Assembly: GCA_027348385.1 (NCBI GenBank)
Contig: DAIEPO010000001.1
Coordinates: forward strand, 1-54,960
DNA length: 54,960 nucleotides
From: a bacterium
Lineage (GTDB): Bacteria; Patescibacteriota; Doudnabacteria; UBA920; VMFF01
Direction: 5' to 3'
Shown: positions 52,781 to 54,960 of the stretch, piece by piece
How positions within the stretch are numbered: position 1 is the stretch's first letter
How the letters are laid out: every line of letters starts with the position of its first letter
The notes under the pieces: generated by a model
What the model was told of the DNA's origin: nothing
The model's database searches: none
Seen by the model: only the letters and a program-made list of their open reading frames with translations
Translations under genes and position numbers: made by a program

Positions 52781-54108
52781 TCTTCTAATCTTTCTTTAAA
52801 ATATTTTTCTAGATCATCTAACGCAACCCTTTCCTGGAGCATAGTATCTCGATCACGTACTGTTACTTTTTTGTCTTCTAAGGAATCAAAATCATAGGTC
52901 ACGCAATATGGTGTGCCAATCTCATCTTGTCTGCGATATCTCTTACCAATGGAACCAGTCTCGTCATATTGCACATACCAATATTTACGTAATTTGTTAG
53001 CAAGCTCTTTTGCTGGTTTAGAAACCTCATCTTTTTTAGAAAGTGGCAAAACCGCAATCTTAACTGGCGCTATCTTTTTGTCCAGTTTCAAGAAAACCTC
53101 AGTTTCTTTGATACTTTCTGTGGTTGTAGAACGGCCACCTTCAATCTCTGTATATGCTGAAAGTAAAACAGCTAAAAAGGTTCGATCTACACCAAAGGTT
53201 GGTTCAATGACATGTGGTAAAAACTTCTCACCGCTTTCAGGATCTCTGTATTCCAAATCTTTCTTAGACGCATTCTGGTGCTGATTTAAGTCATAGTCTG
53301 TTCTGTATGCAATGCCATAGAGCTCTTTTTGCCCAAACGGATAATCAAACTCAATATCAACGGTTCGCTTAGAGTAATGTGCGCGCTCACCATCTGGAAT
53401 ATCAACATAGTGTAACTTTGAAGCATCAACGCCAATATCAGAAAGCCAAACCTTAATTTGTTCAAGCCAATATTCAAAATATTTCTGCCAGTCACTTTCT
53501 TTAATGAAATATTCGATTTCCATTTGTTCAAACTCGCGAGTTCTAAAAATGAAGTTCCCTGGAGTTATTTCATTCCTGAAAGCCTTGCCCACCTGCGCTA
53601 TACCAAAAGGAATTCTCTGTCTTGATGTTTCTAAAACTTGAGGGAAATCAACAAACATTGCTTGAGCTGTTTCTGGTCTAAAATATACAACGTTTGCTTC
53701 TTCCTCAGCAGGACCCATAAAAGTTTTAAACATCAGGTTAAACTCTTTTGCTGCCGTAAATTCTGTTCCTTTACAGTTTGGACATTTTTCCTGATCAAAT
53801 GTGTCTGCTCTAAAACGGGTGTGGCATTTCTTACATTCAATCAAAGGATCAGAAAAATTAGAAATATGTCCGGAAGCTTGCCAGACCTTTGGGTTCATCA
53901 TTAAAGCAGCATCAATTCCAACCATATCATCTCTTTGCTGAACAAACTTTTTCCACCAAAGCTTTTTAATATTATTCTTTAACTCAACTCCTAAAGGACC
54001 GTAATCCCAAGAGTTTGCCAGGCCACCATAAATCTCACTGCCTGGGAAAATGAATCCACGGCGCTTGCAAAGACTTACCAATTTTTCCATCAAATCGTTT
54101 TCACTCAT
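52777..54108 (-). CDS. glyQS: glycyl-tRNA synthetase, alpha2 type
   Basis: 443 aa; RGFIFPGSEIYGG; class II motifs FRNEI.P and the FGVDR region. Confidence 0.92.
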   Translation of the reverse strand: MSENDLMEKLVSLCKRRGFIFPGSEIYGGLANSWDYGPLGVELKNNIKKLWWKKFVQQRDDMVGIDAALMMNPKVWQASGHISNFSDPLIECKKCHTRFRADTFDQEKCPNCKGTEFTAAKEFNLMFKTFMGPAEEEANVVYFRPETAQAMFVDFPQVLETSRQRIPFGIAQVGKAFRNEITPGNFIFRTREFEQMEIEYFIKESDWQKYFEYWLEQIKVWLSDIGVDASKLHYVDIPDGERAHYSKRTVDIEFDYPFGQKELYGIAYRTDYDLNQHQNASKKDLEYRDPESGEKFLPHVIEPTFGVDRTFLAVLLSAYTEIEGGRSTTTESIKETEVFLKLDKKIAPVKIAVLPLSKKDEVSKPAKELANKLRKYWYVQYDETGSIGKRYRRQDEIGTPYCVTYDFDSLEDKKVTVRDRDTMLQERVALDDLEKYFKERLED

Positions 54109-54147
54109 ATATATGAAAGTATATCAAACATTAACCTCTTCTAGAAG

Positions 54148-54960
54148 CTATTCTTTAATCTCTTTAAAACCCTCTGCAAATTCCGTAAAATACTCGTTTT
54201 CCAATGCGGTTCGTATTTTTTTCATTAAGTTTAAATAAAACTTGATGTTGTGCATTGTTGCCAAACGGATTGAAAGTGGCTCATCAGCAGCAAAAAGATG
54301 ACGCAGGTATGCCCTGGTATGGCTTAAACAACCATAACAATCACAGTCATTGTCTACTGGAGTAAAGTCCTCTGCAAATTCTGCTTTGCGTATATCAATG
54401 GTTTTGTAAACTTCCCGTCCTTGCTGATCTCTTGCTGAAATATATAGTTTGGCATGTCGGGCTTCTCTGGTTGGAATAACACAATCAAAAGAATCACAAC
54501 CCCTTAAAACTGCTTGGACAATATCATATGGCGTACCAACTCCTAACAGATGCCTTGGTTTTTCTTCTTCGAGATGCGGAATTGCCATATCCACAGCCTT
54601 TAACATTTCCTCTGTTGGTTCGCCGACTGCAACACCACCAATGGCATAACCAGGAAAATCTAAAGCACGAATTTCTTTAGCACTTCTTTCTCTCAAATCA
54701 GGAAAAGATGCCCCTTGAACAATACCCCAAAGTTTTTGTCCTGGATTAACTGGAGAATCACTTTGTTGAATTCTTTCAAATTCTCTTTTAGCACGTTCAG
54801 CCCAACGCGTAGTTTGTTCAATTGCTTGTTTAGTTCTGTCGTACTCAAAAGGAAAACCTGGAAAGTCATCAAGAATCAAAGCAACATCACTACCTAAATT
54901 AGATTGAATCTGAATTGATTTTTCAGGAGAAAGGATTGCAGACTTTCCATCCATATCAAA
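54148..54960 (-). CDS. tgt: tRNA-guanine transglycosylase, C-terminal two thirds (5' end beyond the right edge)
   Basis: The frame is open to the window end. Motifs: ILDDF, GYAIGGVAVGE, LLGVGTP and the zinc site CDCYGC...H. Confidence 0.9.
   Translation of the reverse strand, partial: FDMDGKSAILSPEKSIQIQSNLGSDVALILDDFPGFPFEYDRTKQAIEQTTRWAERAKREFERIQQSDSPVNPGQKLWGIVQGASFPDLRERSAKEIRALDFPGYAIGGVAVGEPTEEMLKAVDMAIPHLEEEKPRHLLGVGTPYDIVQAVLRGCDSFDCVIPTREARHAKLYISARDQQGREVYKTIDIRKAEFAEDFTPVDNDCDCYGCLSHTRAYLRHLFAADEPLSIRLATMHNIKFYLNLMKKIRTALENEYFTEFAEGFKEIKE

Noticed and set aside
1-54960. CRISPR arrays, rRNA genes, prophage or integrated conjugative element, alternative genetic code
   Set aside because: I saw no regularly spaced direct repeats. 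I saw no rRNA-like conserved stretches and no integrase, capsid, terminase or relaxase-like ORFs. All housekeeping ORFs are full length under the standard code, so UGA or UAG recoding is not needed.

Overview
Low-GC, gene-dense housekeeping stretch: hand-counted 60-nt lines give about 35-42% GC. About 65 genes lie almost entirely on the minus strand. No L30 gene between rpsE and rplO, a split transketolase, a lower-glycolysis/pentose-phosphate supercluster, extended ribosomal proteins and many orphan membrane or secreted proteins fit a small-genome Patescibacteria/CPR-like bacterium; this is inference, no search was run.

Layout, left to right:
- serS 5' part, then a small decay zone with a transposase remnant and a disrupted LMW phosphatase.
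- A GC-rich lipoprotein cassette and a secreted Cys-framed repeat protein operon.
- gpmI-pgk-gap-pfkB-tktC-tktN-(membrane)-rpe-rpiB-tpiA-galT, then ruvX, htrA and map.
- Two adk paralogues, secY and the complete spc/S10 ribosomal protein array (L15 to S10).
- An orphan ORF, tuf, a three-gene orphan cassette, then fusA-rpsG-rpsL.
- A second GC-rich cassette, an M50 protease, rpmB, a tRNA-like element, parB, tRNA-Leu(CAA), uppP, glyA and tsaC.
- leuS, tatD, a methyltransferase, metG, an AI-2E transporter, nfo, an M16 peptidase, glyQS and the 3' part of tgt.

Most interesting observations:
1. LeuRS carries an in-frame, apparently intact RBBP9/YdeN-type serine hydrolase domain inserted just before the CP1 editing domain.
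2. An orphan three-gene cassette with its own promoter and terminators splits fusA from tuf: a Phd-like small protein, a 679-aa coiled-coil protein with a triple repeat and an amphipathic tail, and a 70-aa helical protein.
3. Two single-gene GC-rich islands each sit under a host-style consensus promoter. One encodes the same Cys-framed module as its AT-rich neighbour.
4. A 70-nt tRNA-like element has an Ala/tmRNA-type G3:U70 acceptor and a canonical T arm but no normal D or anticodon arms.
5. Terminator-like structured RNAs lie between rpsJ and rplC and in the rpsL leader.

No CRISPR array, rRNA, intact mobile element or prophage was seen. All family assignments come from motifs read by eye.
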